Shown here piece after piece: positions 37,757 through 50,184 of a stretch of DNA of 64,000 nt. The first letter of the stretch is position 1. The number at the start of each line of letters is the position of its first letter. The DNA is from Diplonema japonicum (Eukaryota > Protista > Euglenozoa: Diplonemea), in assembly GCA_964019335.1 (NCBI GenBank), contig OZ025655.1:1-64000 (forward strand), in the 5' to 3' direction. A program made the translations under genes and the position numbers. Below the pieces are notes generated by a model. It was not told the origin of the DNA. It did not search any database and saw only the letters and a list, made by a program, of their open reading frames with translations.

Positions 37757-39658
37757 CTAAGATCTACCCCTCGATGGCGAAGGTGGATTGTTGATGAACT
37801 GCAGTACCCTGCTGTGTTCATAGTCTGCGTCTGCCATTCTACGCTGTCGGAATATTTTATCTAGTGTCTCGCCCTCTTCGTTATCATCTTCAGACGGTGC
37901 TGCCTCTGTAGGGACAATCACCGACTTGTCTTTCTCACCAAGTAGTATGTGGTCCTTGCATTCAAGCTGCTTGTCCACCAACATCTCTAGTCTCCTTACA
38001 TCGAGCTTTATCCGCTTTGCATCAGGTGCCGCTAACCCAGTAGTGCTCAACAACCACTTACTTCTACTTTCATGACTACCCCACACCTTGGGCTTACTGA
38101 GATTGTCAACGACGGTCAACTTTACTGGTTTCGTCAGGACACTTTCCAATGCCTCTTCCCTTCGGTAGTACGGAGCACTGCTACGAGAGTCGATACACTC
38201 GGCCTCTCCGGTCATTTCCAATATTTCGTTCACCTCGCTTGGGATGACATAAAAACCTTTTTCCTTTGGGTTGTAGCCATATGTGAAGAAATACTGGGGT
38301 GCTTCGGGACGTGGCCTGACAGGACCGAGGTTGGCGTAGTTGATGACTGCACGCGGCGCATCTCCCAGGAGCCCTTTGAGCCCGAGTACAAATGAGAGAG
38401 CCGCTACAACACACGCAAGAGGGACAGGGTCGAAGTCTAACGAGAGCTTCACACGCGACGGGTGCAGCCAACGCGAGTTGGGGGGGAGAAGAGTTGTTGA
38501 AGCGCAGGTACAAATGCTACAGCCGCGCAGAGGCACCATCGGGAGATAGTGCACGGCAACAGGGGACCATACTGATTCAGTCAAGCTAATAGTCTCCGTG
38601 TGGAAGGTGAGGAACAGCTCGTTTCCGCAAACCGAAGCTGGCTTGTCGACAAGGCGGCTGGCTTCCCGCAGCCATTCACACATACTGCCGTTCATGTGAT
38701 AAGGCGGAAGAGGCTGTCGTACACAATCAAGGTACGCCTTGTTGAAAGCCGCAGTACTGCATGAGTTCAACCACTGTAATTTAGCCTTATCACAAGTAGA
38801 CGAAAAGCATGGACACGCGCAACTTCGCGAAGCTGGAGGCGACGTGTGTTTGTCAGCAACCTGACTCGGACTCCACATCCATTGTACATATGCCGAGTAC
38901 CTGTAGCCCGAATGTGTGACAATACGGTGAATGTCCACAACCCTGCAGACGAAGGGGACTGAGTTCTTTAACACCTGAATAAAGTGACCTGGCTCAATAG
39001 TAACGCCATCCAGGGGACGCAGCACACCCTTAAGGACATATTGGTGGAGAACAGTCAGGCGCACTTGCTTTGCAGGAATGCCGACAAGAACCTGAGGTAG
39101 CTCTCGAGACTGGCTGGGGATGCCATTGAGAGGCTTAGTCATCCGGCGCTTCCAGAACAGCTCAGGGAAAACAGCAGTGACGTTCCTGAAGCGCACTGTT
39201 GCACTCTCAAAGTTAAGGCGGAGCTCCTTGTCCTGCGCAATGGCGCTGTACACATCACGCCATGGGACGACGCCTAGCGCTAGCTTCAGGGAACGTGGGA
39301 GGTACTTCGATAAGAATGTCAGAGACACCTCCGTCTCGTTCTGAATATCATCAACCCGCAGATTGCATGCACCCATCATGGCATTCAAGAGCGCCACCCG
39401 TCCAACTACCACAGGCAACTGTGGAGTTCGCTTCACTTCCAGCAATTCTTTTTCCATCCCATATGTACACCCCCTGCAATGGTACATCCATATCGCAAAC
39501 TCACCCCACGCATAGTGTTCAAAGAAGCAAACCGACAAGCAGCTCATATGGAAGAACACTCGACACCGAAAGCACATCACAACCCCCGCGCAGGCTTCCA
39601 AATCAACCACTCTGTTACAGTAGCACCCATCTCTATCCCAGTCGTCATATTCCACCAT
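37757..39658 (-). CDS. PHD finger + winged-helix-like + BAH domain chromatin protein
   Basis: CYC...CFRCRVFFHMSC...YHCRGC followed by VALLN; BAH motifs PGHFIQV, PFVCRV, VQWMW, NELFLTFH, YFFTYGY; CAG acceptor 2 nt before the ATG. Confidence 0.65.
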   Translation of the reverse strand: MVEYDDWDRDGCYCNRVVDLEACAGVVMCFRCRVFFHMSCLSVCFFEHYAWGEFAIWMYHCRGCTYGMEKELLEVKRTPQLPVVVGRVALLNAMMGACNLRVDDIQNETEVSLTFLSKYLPRSLKLALGVVPWRDVYSAIAQDKELRLNFESATVRFRNVTAVFPELFWKRRMTKPLNGIPSQSRELPQVLVGIPAKQVRLTVLHQYVLKGVLRPLDGVTIEPGHFIQVLKNSVPFVCRVVDIHRIVTHSGYRYSAYVQWMWSPSQVADKHTSPPASRSCACPCFSSTCDKAKLQWLNSCSTAAFNKAYLDCVRQPLPPYHMNGSMCEWLREASRLVDKPASVCGNELFLTFHTETISLTESVWSPVAVHYLPMVPLRGCSICTCASTTLLPPNSRWLHPSRVKLSLDFDPVPLACVVAALSFVLGLKGLLGDAPRAVINYANLGPVRPRPEAPQYFFTYGYNPKEKGFYVIPSEVNEILEMTGEAECIDSRSSAPYYRREEALESVLTKPVKLTVVDNLSKPKVWGSHESRSKWLLSTTGLAAPDAKRIKLDVRRLEMLVDKQLECKDHILLGEKDKSVIVPTEAAPSEDDNEEGETLDKIFRQRRMADADYEHSRVLQFINNPPSPSRGRS

Positions 39659-39914
39659 TCCTGTGAAAAGTCCTGGAAAAAAAACAGCACGCAACGTAAG
39701 AAATCACACATCACAAGTACACACGGTGTCAATGCTGTTGGGCCCGCACATGGGAACGGCACGCAAACGTTCACTCCGAAAACCGGAAAAAGAGATGCGG
39801 ATGCAAGATATGACGAAGACACGGTGCCCGAAACACCGTAACCTTACGCCTTTACCCTTAAGGGTCTCCTATGATGAAATACTAGTTCCTATGTGCGGTG
39901 TTGCGCCCGCACGC

Positions 39915-41802
39915 TTACTTCTTCAATCTGGCCTTATCGACTAGAGCTAGCCATTCCGCAAACTGCACGCTGGTCGAGGTGTCAGCCTCATCTTCGGCAG
40001 GCCACGAGATGACGTCCATGAACTCAGGGTCGATGACGGCAAACTGTGTGCTTGCGGAGGAACATAAAGGCATACCAAAGGCCTGTGAGTTGGAACGTCT
40101 GCAATCCTGCTCGTAAGCAGCTCCTCGTCACTGCTGCTGACGACAAATGTCTCCCAAGCCTTCACGTTGGCTTTCTGCGAGATGATGAGAATGTAATTAC
40201 GACATACTTGCTCCCATTTGGTAAGGCCCCTCTTGAATTTTGCCAGGTTGACATCATCCTTCCCAGGCAGGAGAAAAGCGCAGTTGGTCCTCATACCCCT
40301 CGATGTTAGCATGAGCCTCTCCATCCCACGCTCGAGGCACAAGTCCAGGGTAGCAGGCGTAAGCTTGCTGTCTGTGATCGTGTCGATGTCGATAGTGTTT
40401 TTGTACGGGTCACCTAGCCCCTTGCCACCCTCCCTCATCTCCACCATTGCCTTGATGGAAGTGACATTCATCTCGCCTCCTTGCAGAGTGTACGTCTTCT
40501 TGCCATCAAATATGCCTGCTGTAGGCACATCAGTCCTCGAGAGCCCGAAAAGCCCAAGCACCCCAGGGGAGTGTGCGACATCCACTGCGTAGACATTCAG
40601 ACCAAGCTCTTTCTCAACCTCTTCGGCAAGGTGTGCAGAAAGCCTGAACTCGTCAGCATGCTGGAATAAAAAGACAGAGGGCTTCTCAGAGGTCACAGTC
40701 ATAGCCTCTTTAAACACAAAGAGGTTAGTAGCGTCAAGGAGGGGCACATTTGCTATTGCCTCATCAGCCCACCTCACGACACACCCCTTACCACAGCACC
40801 CTTCTTTGGGGAGCGTGAAGTGGAAAGCCTTTTCACCACGTCTTTTCCCGGTTGTAGGAAACATCGCAATTGTGTGCCTTGTGACATCTTCCGGTTTATC
40901 GACACGGCTGACCTGCTCCCTTGTGAGCGGTGCCTCGTCCTCCAGTGTGGGTGGCTTTGGCATGCTGTGCTTCTCAACCCACTCGGCATTGAACATGTCG
41001 CCAGGTACCTGGTGATCCCACCAGTTAACGAGCAGTGTGGTTCTGGTAGTGCAGTTGTTGGCACCCAGGTTCAGGTTAGCATCCCCCCTCACCTGGTGGT
41101 ACGCGTTACCTGCAAAAGTGATATGCTTTCCGACCTCGGGCCACATAACGGCAGCCTCCTGCGGAACCTCTGGGATGAGCGCAGACAGGTCCTCGGACAT
41201 AGTCTAATGAGGTTGAGATGTGCATTGGTTTAATACCTGGTTGAAGATGACAGTGGGGCCTCCACAGTTAGAGAGGTAAGTGACAGTGCCGCGGAGGGGG
41301 AAAGACATGACGCCTTGCTTCTTTCTCTCTTCGAATTGCTTGTTGTAGCTGACCTCGTCCTTGTCGAAGTGGGGTCCGCCCATCTTCCATGTAAGTGGCT
41401 TATGATGCACCCACAGCTCAGCCCCAGCGATGTTGTCCACGTTGTGCCCGTCGGCAGCTTCGGCTTCGTAGAGGCGGCGAACCATGTGGCTGAGGGCCTG
41501 CTCATTTTCGCTTTTCGTTCCCCAGATATCCTTACTCATCCAGATAGTCTTAGCTTTGCCCCCCTGTATGTTGTTCCGGCAACAATCAGCATACCTCGGA
41601 AAGGGAAGCCATGAACATGGCCTCGGCCATAACAGCGTCCTGCAGACTGTCAGGCATCGCGTTCTGTTTCAACATAACACCATGGATGTGGTCATACTCT
41701 GTAAACCCTCACAAGAGGCGAAACATCCTCACTCTGCTCCGCGTCGCACGTCTGGCCAACACACACAGCGGCAGTACTTAAGAACAGCACAATCCTCTTC
41801 AT
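39915..41802 (-). CDS. Secreted/ER 2OG-Fe(II) oxygenase-like domain fused to thioredoxin/PDI-like folds; 5 introns
   Basis: Signal peptide MKRIVLFLSTAAVCVG; GAELW, HFDKDE, VTYLS..GGPT, FAGNAYHQV, RTTLLVNWW; then VYAVDV...VLGLFGLSRTDVPTAGIFD..KTY (PDI b'-like). Confidence 0.65.
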
Positions 41803-42206
41803 TGTCCCCTATTCTGTGAAATACAGGATGAAACAAGTGCATAGGATTCAAAAGAAGGGTGGGGGGAACATGAAAGTCAAAAAAAAAAAACAAGAATAAG
41901 AAAAATGAGCTGAGGGTGGGGCTTTAAGCGATGCGATTCCTGGGGGAAACAAAAAAGAACCAACAAAAAAAAAAGAAGAAAAGAAAAGAGACATTTATAA
42001 AAAAAAGAAAAAAGGCGACTATATTGTTTAAAAAAGCGGGAAGCGGAAAGAGCACCGAAGATACACTTACCTAAAAAAAGGGGGGCAAAAGAGGAAAGGG
42101 GAAAATGGCAAAAGAAAAAAACAAAAAAAAAAGGGGAGGTAACACTTCTTTTTATATTTCAGTAATCAAAGTGAAATTGTAGATTGTCGTGCTTTCAAAA
42201 CTGTTA

Positions 42207-45200
42207 TTACTCTTCGTCGACGTTATCGGTGCGCTCGTCCATCAGGCACTCCTCAGGAACACGGCCGGGAGCACCACCGGGGGGTGGCGTGTAGCCATAG
42301 TTCGTTACCTGTTGAGTAGTATGGAAAATGTTTAAAAAATGAATTCAAACCTTGTAAGTAACTCTGACTGTCCCCACCTTACGTGCAAGGCACAGGACAT
42401 CGAGGTCGTGGGACCTCTCCTCGTCGTATGGCTCGACCCTGCCGGCCAGTTCCATCACGGCAGCTCCCCTGAACATCTTGTCCTCTCTGGGCTCAGCCTG
42501 ATCCCTGAAGATGATGTTGATGCTGTGCTTCTCCAGGTACTCGGTCATCTGCACTGTGCACTGAATCGGCTCAGGGAGGTTCTCCCCCGTGAACTCAGGC
42601 GTCATTGTGGTCGTCTTCATCCCCTTGCCCTTGTGCGCGTGCTCAGAGAACGGCGTGTACATCATGATCAGCGGCTTTTTGAACATGAGGTGATCCTGGT
42701 CCAAAAACTTCACGGAAGTAAACTCGAACTGCGGCCGGGGCTCCTGGTCCTTGTGGAAGCATGACATATGCGGCCTGACGCACCTCACCACGTACGTGGC
42801 GTACACAGGCATGTGCTCAGAAGTCCTTACGTCAGCGCTGTTATAAGCAGTACACTTGATGGTCGAGTTCTCGGTGCTCTTCACCAAGATACGGTCAGTG
42901 TAGCTGGGTGCCCTTCCCCTGTCCCTCATGTAGTCGTTGGTACCTGTTTTGAACCTGTAAGTTGGGGCAAACGTGATAGGAGCCTCCTTGAACCCGGCCA
43001 TGATGCCGTTCTCCCTCATCTCAGTTGTCAACTGGTCTTGGTTCAGGATCTCGTTAAACTGTCCTGCCTTGATAAGCGGTTCTGCTTCTGCGTGCTCCAT
43101 TTCCACCCTGTAGTTCATGTCACCCATCCAGAACACGTGGTGGAACTGTGACGTGAGGTCGGAGTCCTTGTTCGCTAGCTGGATCTGGTTCACGATCTCC
43201 TCGATGTTGATCTTCCTCATCTTGCTGCGTTCCAGCCTGGCTGCCAGGTGGCACGACACGAATGCCATGGATGTGTTGTGGTACCTCAGGCAGATACCAG
43301 CAGCACCCTTCATACCACATTTCTCCTTGTGGAGAGTCGCCTTCGTTGAACCCTCAACATTCGTGACCTTTAGAAGGCACTTCTTCCTGCACAGCACAAT
43401 AACAGTAATGTCCCACAGCTGCATGCTGGCAAGAGTCAGATAGTCCTTACCCAGGTACTCCTGCACGTAGTTAAACCACTCACCTTCTTCCTTCTGGTAG
43501 GAGCACTCCTGAGCACCGACAGCATAGAGGTCAAACTTCCCCTTAGGCATCCACTTCTCAAGAGCATTCGGGTCCTTGGGGGGCGGGGCACCGCACATGT
43601 TGAACGTACCTGTCCACACGGACACAGACTCGTCCTGGACCTTGCTGGAGTTGATCTTGCACCTGCCGCTGAGTTCTCTGTCAATCAACTCGCCCGTCTT
43701 CTTGAACGGGTTAGGGACCTTCTGGATAATAGCGTTCTCCTTAATCCCATCGATAGTGGTTGTGGTACTGCCCCCGTCGTGCGCCGTGTCGGGTTTGGTC
43801 AAGCTAGGTGCATAGACCCTGATGGCAGGCCGGATAGACGACCCAGTCTCGTAGAACCTTTCCCTCTCATCGTTGCTGGGGAACAGGATCTCATAGGACT
43901 TTGGGGCATCAAAGAACATGAGACGTGCCCTCCTAGGGTCCATGACGTTTCTCTCGAGCTGAAGGAGCTTGTTGGCGTCGTGCTGCTTCTTGAGTTTTCC
44001 TTTGGCGTCAAGGCAATAGAAGGACTTCGAGAAGTGGTCAACTACCCACACCCTCCTGTCAGCGGCACCGAAAGACTTGGATGGGTTCCACTTAAGCACA
44101 GGGAAGTAAGACTTCAAGTAGATGTTGTTCGTGACCTCGGGAAGGGGAAGCATCCAGGGCTCAGGTGGCTTTTCGGGCTCCTCGTCATCCTCATCAACCT
44201 CATCTTCCCTATCATCTTCATCAGGCTCCGCTTGTTCATCCTCTTCGTCGTCCTCGTCGTCCTCTTCCCACTCTTGTTCCTGCTCCTCAAGTGCTGCTTC
44301 GAGCTCCGCTTCGAGATCTTCGTCGTCCTGTTATGCAATGTGAATTGCTAGCTTCATACCTGGTGCTCGTTATCTTCACCGTCATCTTCTTCCTCTTCTT
44401 CGTCCTCGAGCTCCTCGTCTTCTTCGTCGTCCAGGTCGTCGTTCCAAGCTGCTTCCTCCTCATCCTCATCGGCAGGTTCCTCCTCCTCATCCTCTGCTTC
44501 ATCCATGGGCTCCTCTTCGGCGGGTGCTTCTTCCTCCATGGGCTCTTCCCACTCAGGGTCCTCAGGCATGTCGTCCTCGTTCATAAACTTCTCACCCTCG
44601 AACGGGTCTTCGTCGACAAGCTTCTCGCCTTCGAAAGGTTCATCCACAATCTTCTCACCAACGAAGGGCTCCGAAGTATCAAACTTCTCGCCGACAAAGT
44701 CGTCATCGAGCTTTTCACCGACAAAGGGTTCCTCTTCCTTCATCTTCTCGCCCACAAAATCGTCATCCTTCAACTTTTCACCAACAAATGGATCATCTTT
44801 CATCTTCTCACCAGTGAAAGGCTCGTCGTCCTTCATTTTCTCACCGACAAAATCGTCATCCTTCAACTTCTCACCAACAAACGGATCATCCTTCATCTTC
44901 TCACCAGTGAAAGGCTCGTCGTCCTTCATTTTCTCACCGACAAAATCGTCATCCTTCATCTTCTCACCAACAAACGGATCATCCTTCATTTTTTCGCCAG
45001 TGAAAGGCTCCTCGTCCTTCCTCTGCATGCCATCATCGGCGGGTTCCGGAGCAGAGCGGTTCCACGTGCTTGGCTCAGGAACAGGTTCTTTGTCCTTCCT
45101 CTGCATACCATCGTCACCCTCTGGCTTCTCTTCATCCTTCCTCTGCATGCCATCTTCCGGTGCAGCAGCAGCGCGGCTCCAGGCACTAGCCTTGGGTTCC

Positions 45201-48200
45201 TCAGTGTCTTTGCGGTCCATGCCGTCGTCCTCCTCAGGCTTCTGGGTAGCCTGTCTGTACCACTCAGCGCGTTCGGCTTGCTGCTCCGGGGTAATGACGG
45301 GGGCAGGGGCAGGTGCCTTCTCATCCTTCTCATCCCTCTTCATGCCGTCATCATCTTCCGCAGGTTCAGGGGCAGAGCGCATCCAGCTGCTGACATCCTC
45401 CGGCTCCCTATCCTTGCGTGTCATGCCGTCATCTTCGGGCTTTGGCTTTGCCTTCTCCTTTGAGTCCTTGTTCCAGTCATCAATGTGCTTAGGTGCCTTC
45501 CACCAGTTGTCCTTGAACCAGTCCTCACGCTCCTTCTTCTGATCTTCATCGGCGTCACGCATGCAGTCGTCACCACCGTCTTGGAAGTCTTCAACGAACT
45601 TCGGAGTCTTCCACCATTCGTCTTCCTTGGCCTCGGGATCCTTGAACTGTCTCTCAGGATTCTTAGCGTTTTTGAACCAGTCTTCCCTGTCCTTGATCTC
45701 TTCGGGCGTGGCCTCTGGCGTTTCGTCATCCTCACGGACTGCTCCATCGTCGTCCTCATCAGGCCTGGCCTGCTTCTTCCAGTTGTCGCCATCCTCTCCA
45801 TCCCTGCGCCACTCCTGAGAAAACTTTGGGGACTTCCACCAGTTGTCCTTGAACCATTGTTCCCTTTCGGCAGCCTCTTCGGGAGAGATGGGCCCTTTGC
45901 CACTCTCATCCATCATCCAAGGAGCCTCGGGATCCTCGGGATCCTTCTGGTATTCCTCAATGTGCTCAGGTTTCTTCCACCACTCATCATTCTCAGGGTC
46001 AACATAGTTTCTCTGCCAGTCCTCTGGTGTCTTGTTCGCCTCTTCCTCGGCATCCATGGCAAGGTACGCTGCCTCTTCCTCCTGTCGAGTCATCTCATCC
46101 TTTTCCTGGTCAGCTTTCTCCTCTTCTGCTTGCATGTCAAGTTCATCAGCATCAGGCGCAACATAGAAGTTGGTGTTGGCCACAGCCTTGAAGAACTCGT
46201 CCTGACCGATGGTCTTGGGTTCTTCCTCGCCGTCCTTCTTCATGCCGTCCTCATCATCATCGCCGCCCCTCTCCATGCCGTCATCGTCATCGTCAGCAGA
46301 GCCCCTCTTTCTGCCGGCGTCGGGACCGAAGTCGTCCTTCTCTGCCTTCCTATTCGCCTCGATGGCATCGATGATGGCCTTCACCTGCTTATCGGAAGGC
46401 TTTTGCCCCTCGTTAATGGCAGCCAAAGCTTCAGGAAGCTCTTCTTCCAAAATTCGCTTCTCGTTCTCGGGGCGGTCACGAAGCCACTCCATCCTGCGAC
46501 CCTTGTCATCGTCGGAAAGCTGCTTCTTGTACCAATCCTCACGCTTGCCCAGCTGCGCACCAGATGGCTCCGTAGGGTGCTTCCTGTACCAAGCGTCTCT
46601 GTCGGCCTTTTCTTCAGGGGTGGCGGGGTTTCCTGTGTTTGCTGTTTACCTCTTAAGAAAATGCATACCCTTGTTCTGCTTGTACCATTCATCTCTGGCC
46701 TTCTCTTGCTCAGGTGTTGCGTCCTTCTTCCACTTTTCTTCGCCGTCGGGGCCCTTCGCCCAGTCGTCGCAAATCTCGGGCGCTTTCCACCAGTTGTCTT
46801 TGTACCAGTCCTCACGCTTCTTCTTCTCAGGGCCTGATGCAGGACACTCGTGTCCAAGACCAAGTGCACCAGCTGTTGGGTTTCCGGCAGTCCATTTCTT
46901 GCCGGTCGTTCCCTCTTTGCCGAAATCTTCAATGAACTCCGGACGTTTCCACCAGTCGTCAGCATCACCGTGTTTTCTGTACCAGTCCTCTCTCTCCTCT
47001 TTCTCAGGGTCAGAGGCTGGCTTCTTGTCGCCCTCGTCTCCTTTTGTGGCCTCCGGGTCAACTGCACCCCACTTCTTTCCGTTTGCACCATTCTTAGCCC
47101 AGTCGTCAGCGCATGTTGGAGCCTTCCACCAGTTGTCCTTGTACCACTGCTCTCGCTCCTCTTTCTCAGGGTCAGTTGCCGGCTTCTTCTGCCCCTGACC
47201 AGCAGCAGCAGCGGACTGATCCTCAGCCGGCCACCCCTTGCCTGTATCACCGTTCTTCAACCAATCGTCGATGTACTGCGGCTTCTTCCACCAACCGTCA
47301 CCAATGGTCTCAGGGTCCTGCCTGTCCATCGTCACAGGCTTGTCTCTGCCGCAGAGAGGGCCCTCGGTACCATTCTTCTTCCAGTCATCCATGCACTGCG
47401 GCGTCTTCCACCAATTGTCCTTGTACCATTGCTCTCTGTCATCCTTTTCCTCAGGCGTACATGGGTGCTCTTTGCCACCTGACCTGTTGGCGTTGGGCCT
47501 GTCATCCGCGTTCCACATAGCACCATCGTCGCCATTCTGCCCCCAGTCTTCAACATACTGCGGTTCCTTCCACCATTCGTTGTCAGCGGCATTGCGATAC
47601 CAGTTATCCCTATTCTGCTTCTCTTCATCACTTGCTGGCTCCTTGTCCGCGTCTCCTGCTTTCCCTGCCTCTTCGCTGCCTGCCGGCCACTTCTTGCCTG
47701 CAGCTCCGTTCTTCTTCCAGTCATCTAGGAACTCCGGTGCTTTCCACCAGTTCTTGCGATACCACTCGTCACGGTTTAAAGCATCAGACTTCGTGCAAGG
47801 CAGATCAGCCGCCTTCTTAGCGAAACCCGGTTCCTCACCACACGCCCTCCACATGTCACCAACAGGGCGGTACCAATCGTCACGTGCAGCCGCCTCCTTG
47901 TCGCTGCATGGCTTCTTCGACGCACCTACCTTTGGATCATCGGCAGATGGCTTGTCAGCGGCTCTCCAAGACTCCCCAGTCGGTCCTTTCTTTGCCCAGT
48001 CATGCGCATATTGGGGCGCCTTCCACCAGTTGTCCCTGTACCAGTCCTCCCTCTTCTTCTGCTCTTCAGGTGTGGCAGGATTAGCGTCACCAGTCCCCTC
48101 AATGCCAGCTGGTTCTTTAGCTGCGGGCCAGTTCTTTCCCTTTTGACCATTCCTGTTGAAGTCCTCGATATACTGGGGCTGCTTCCACCACTCATCGTTG

Positions 48201-50068
48201 TCCGGCTTCGTCTTATTTTTCATGCTCTTTGACCAGTCTTCAATGAAGGGTCCCTGCTTCCACCAGTCCTTGTCGGTGTTGGGCTCGTCGTTCTGGGCCT
48301 TCCATGCAGTTCCCAGAGGTCCATTCTTGTGGAAGTCATCGGTGTACTTTGGCTGCTTCCACCAGTTCTTTTTGTACCAGTCTTCTCGCTTCTTCTTCTC
48401 GTCAGGCTTCGCAGGACACTCCTGACCATTCCCAGTGGCTCCATCATTCTCGGTCTTGGCAGGCCAATGGCGTCCCTCAGGTCCCTTTTGGAAGTAGTCC
48501 TCAACGTACTGTGGAAGCTTCCACCATTCTTCGTCCCCGTTCTTGTACCACTCTTCCCTCTTCTTCTTCTCTTCTTCACCAACGGGCTTGCCGCCACCAG
48601 ACTTCGCCGCCTCCTCAGTCGGTGCTTTCCACAGCTTCCCGGTCTTGCCGTTCTTCTGCCAGTCGTCCTTGAACTCGGGCTGCTTCCACCAGTTGTCCTT
48701 GTACCAGTCTTCCCTACGCTTCTTCTCGATTTCGGGCGCAGCTTTCTTGTCGCCTTGGCCGTCGATGCCGGCCTCCTCGGTGACAGCAGGCCACTTGTTT
48801 CCCTTGTCACCGTTCTTCCAGAAGTCCTCACGGTAGGGCTCCTGCTTCCACCATTCAGTGTCCGCCGGCTTGCCAGCAAAGTTAAGTGCGTCAGCATCAA
48901 GACCATCGGCCTTAAAGGCCTCTCTAGCAGCGTCGTTCTTCCACCAGTCACCGTTCCTGTAGAACTCCTCCCTTGCAAGTTTCTCAGGGACACTACACTT
49001 CTCTGGGTCTCCCTCAGTGGCGGAGTTCCACTTCTTCACAACACCACGGGGACCGTTAGCTTTGTACCAGTCCTCTCTCCTCTTCTGCTCTTCCGGAGTT
49101 GCCGGGTACGTGTTGCCCTCGGACTCCAAACCGCTCTCTTCGTCGGCAGCCTTCCAACGCGGACCATCGTGCTTGTTCTGCTGCCAGTCCTTAATGTACG
49201 GCTCCTCCTTCCACCAATCGGCGTCCTCCGTGGCCTCCCAATCTCTCTTGTACTTGTCGGCCTTCCACCAGTCGTTGCCCTTGTAAAACTCTTCTCTTAC
49301 AGCGAGCTCAGCATCTGTTGCCTTCTCCTTGGCGCCTTCGATGACAGCAGTCCACTTCTTACCCTTACCCTTGTGCCTCTCCCAGTCCCTCCTGAAGGGA
49401 TCTCTTTTCCACCATTCACCGTCCTGGTCTTTGTCGCCATTGTCGAATTCGGATTCCTTTGCTGCGAACTTTTCAAACGCGTTGTTAATGGCGTTCTTGT
49501 CCTTCTCAGGCATGTGGTCTGTTGCCTTCCACCAACCGCCCTCATCTTCCATTGCCTTCTTCGCAGCTTCAAGCTCTTTGTTCTTCTCAGCCCTAGCCTT
49601 CTCCCTTTCCTTAACCTTAGCGAGCCTCAGTTGCTGCCTGTCCTCATCCATCTGCTCCATTTCTTCTTGTTTAGCAGCGTTTGCTGCTTCAATGGCCTTA
49701 TAGAAAGCAACGGGGTCTCTCTCAGCACCAGTCTCGATTAGCTTCTTGCGCTCCTCCTTCCATTCGTCTTTTCCTGCCCTGTTACCTCTGGCACGTCTCT
49801 TTAGCCAAGCAAGGATGGTCTCGGGGTCCTCGCCCTGATCAAGCATGTCGAAGATCTTCGCGAGCTGCTTGACAGTAATATGAGTGAGGAGCTCCAGGGT
49901 CTTATTGTCGATATCCTTGCCGTCGCTCTCAACTTGCAGCAAGAGCTGCTTGATGGGCTCACCCAACATATCGAACAAGTTGTTTCCCACTAAGGAGCGT
50001 CTCTCCTTCGCGGACTGGTCCATGTCCTCCCTCACATCACCGTATTTAAGGGGTATATCAATAGGCAT
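42207..50068 (-). CDS. Giant (~2583 aa) inositol polyphosphate 5-phosphatase: Trp-Trp repeat array, acidic repeats, PH-like, 5-phosphatase, C2-like; 3 introns (46633-46668, 44328-44359, 42 nt near 42330)
   Basis: WTGTFNM, GAQE, HLAAR, FWMGDMNYR, FAPTYRF, APSYTDRIL, SEHMPV motifs; introns join the ORFs in frame. Confidence 0.88.
44590..45020 (-). repeat. Coding tandem repeat, 14 x [DE]-rich F(V/T/E)GEK units of 30-33 nt with a 93-nt higher-order period
   Basis: DDEPFTGEKMK-DDPFVGEK(M/L)K-DDDFVGEKMK three times, then degenerate copies. Confidence 0.9.
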
Positions 50069-50184
50069 TGTAGAAAGCTTGTAACTCAATTAAGAGCTTC
50101 CTGCGGAATGTATTACCACTGTAAAAGAAGTATAAATGAAAATAGAACGTACAAAAAAGGGCAACCTTTGTTAACTCTAAGCGC

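Noticed and set aside
44590-45020. CRISPR-like array
   Set aside because: In-frame coding repeats with no unique spacers and no cas genes; eukaryotic context.
44165-49741. Long plus-strand ORFs (430-470 aa)
   Set aside because: Antisense shadows of a codon-biased repetitive gene; no domain signal.
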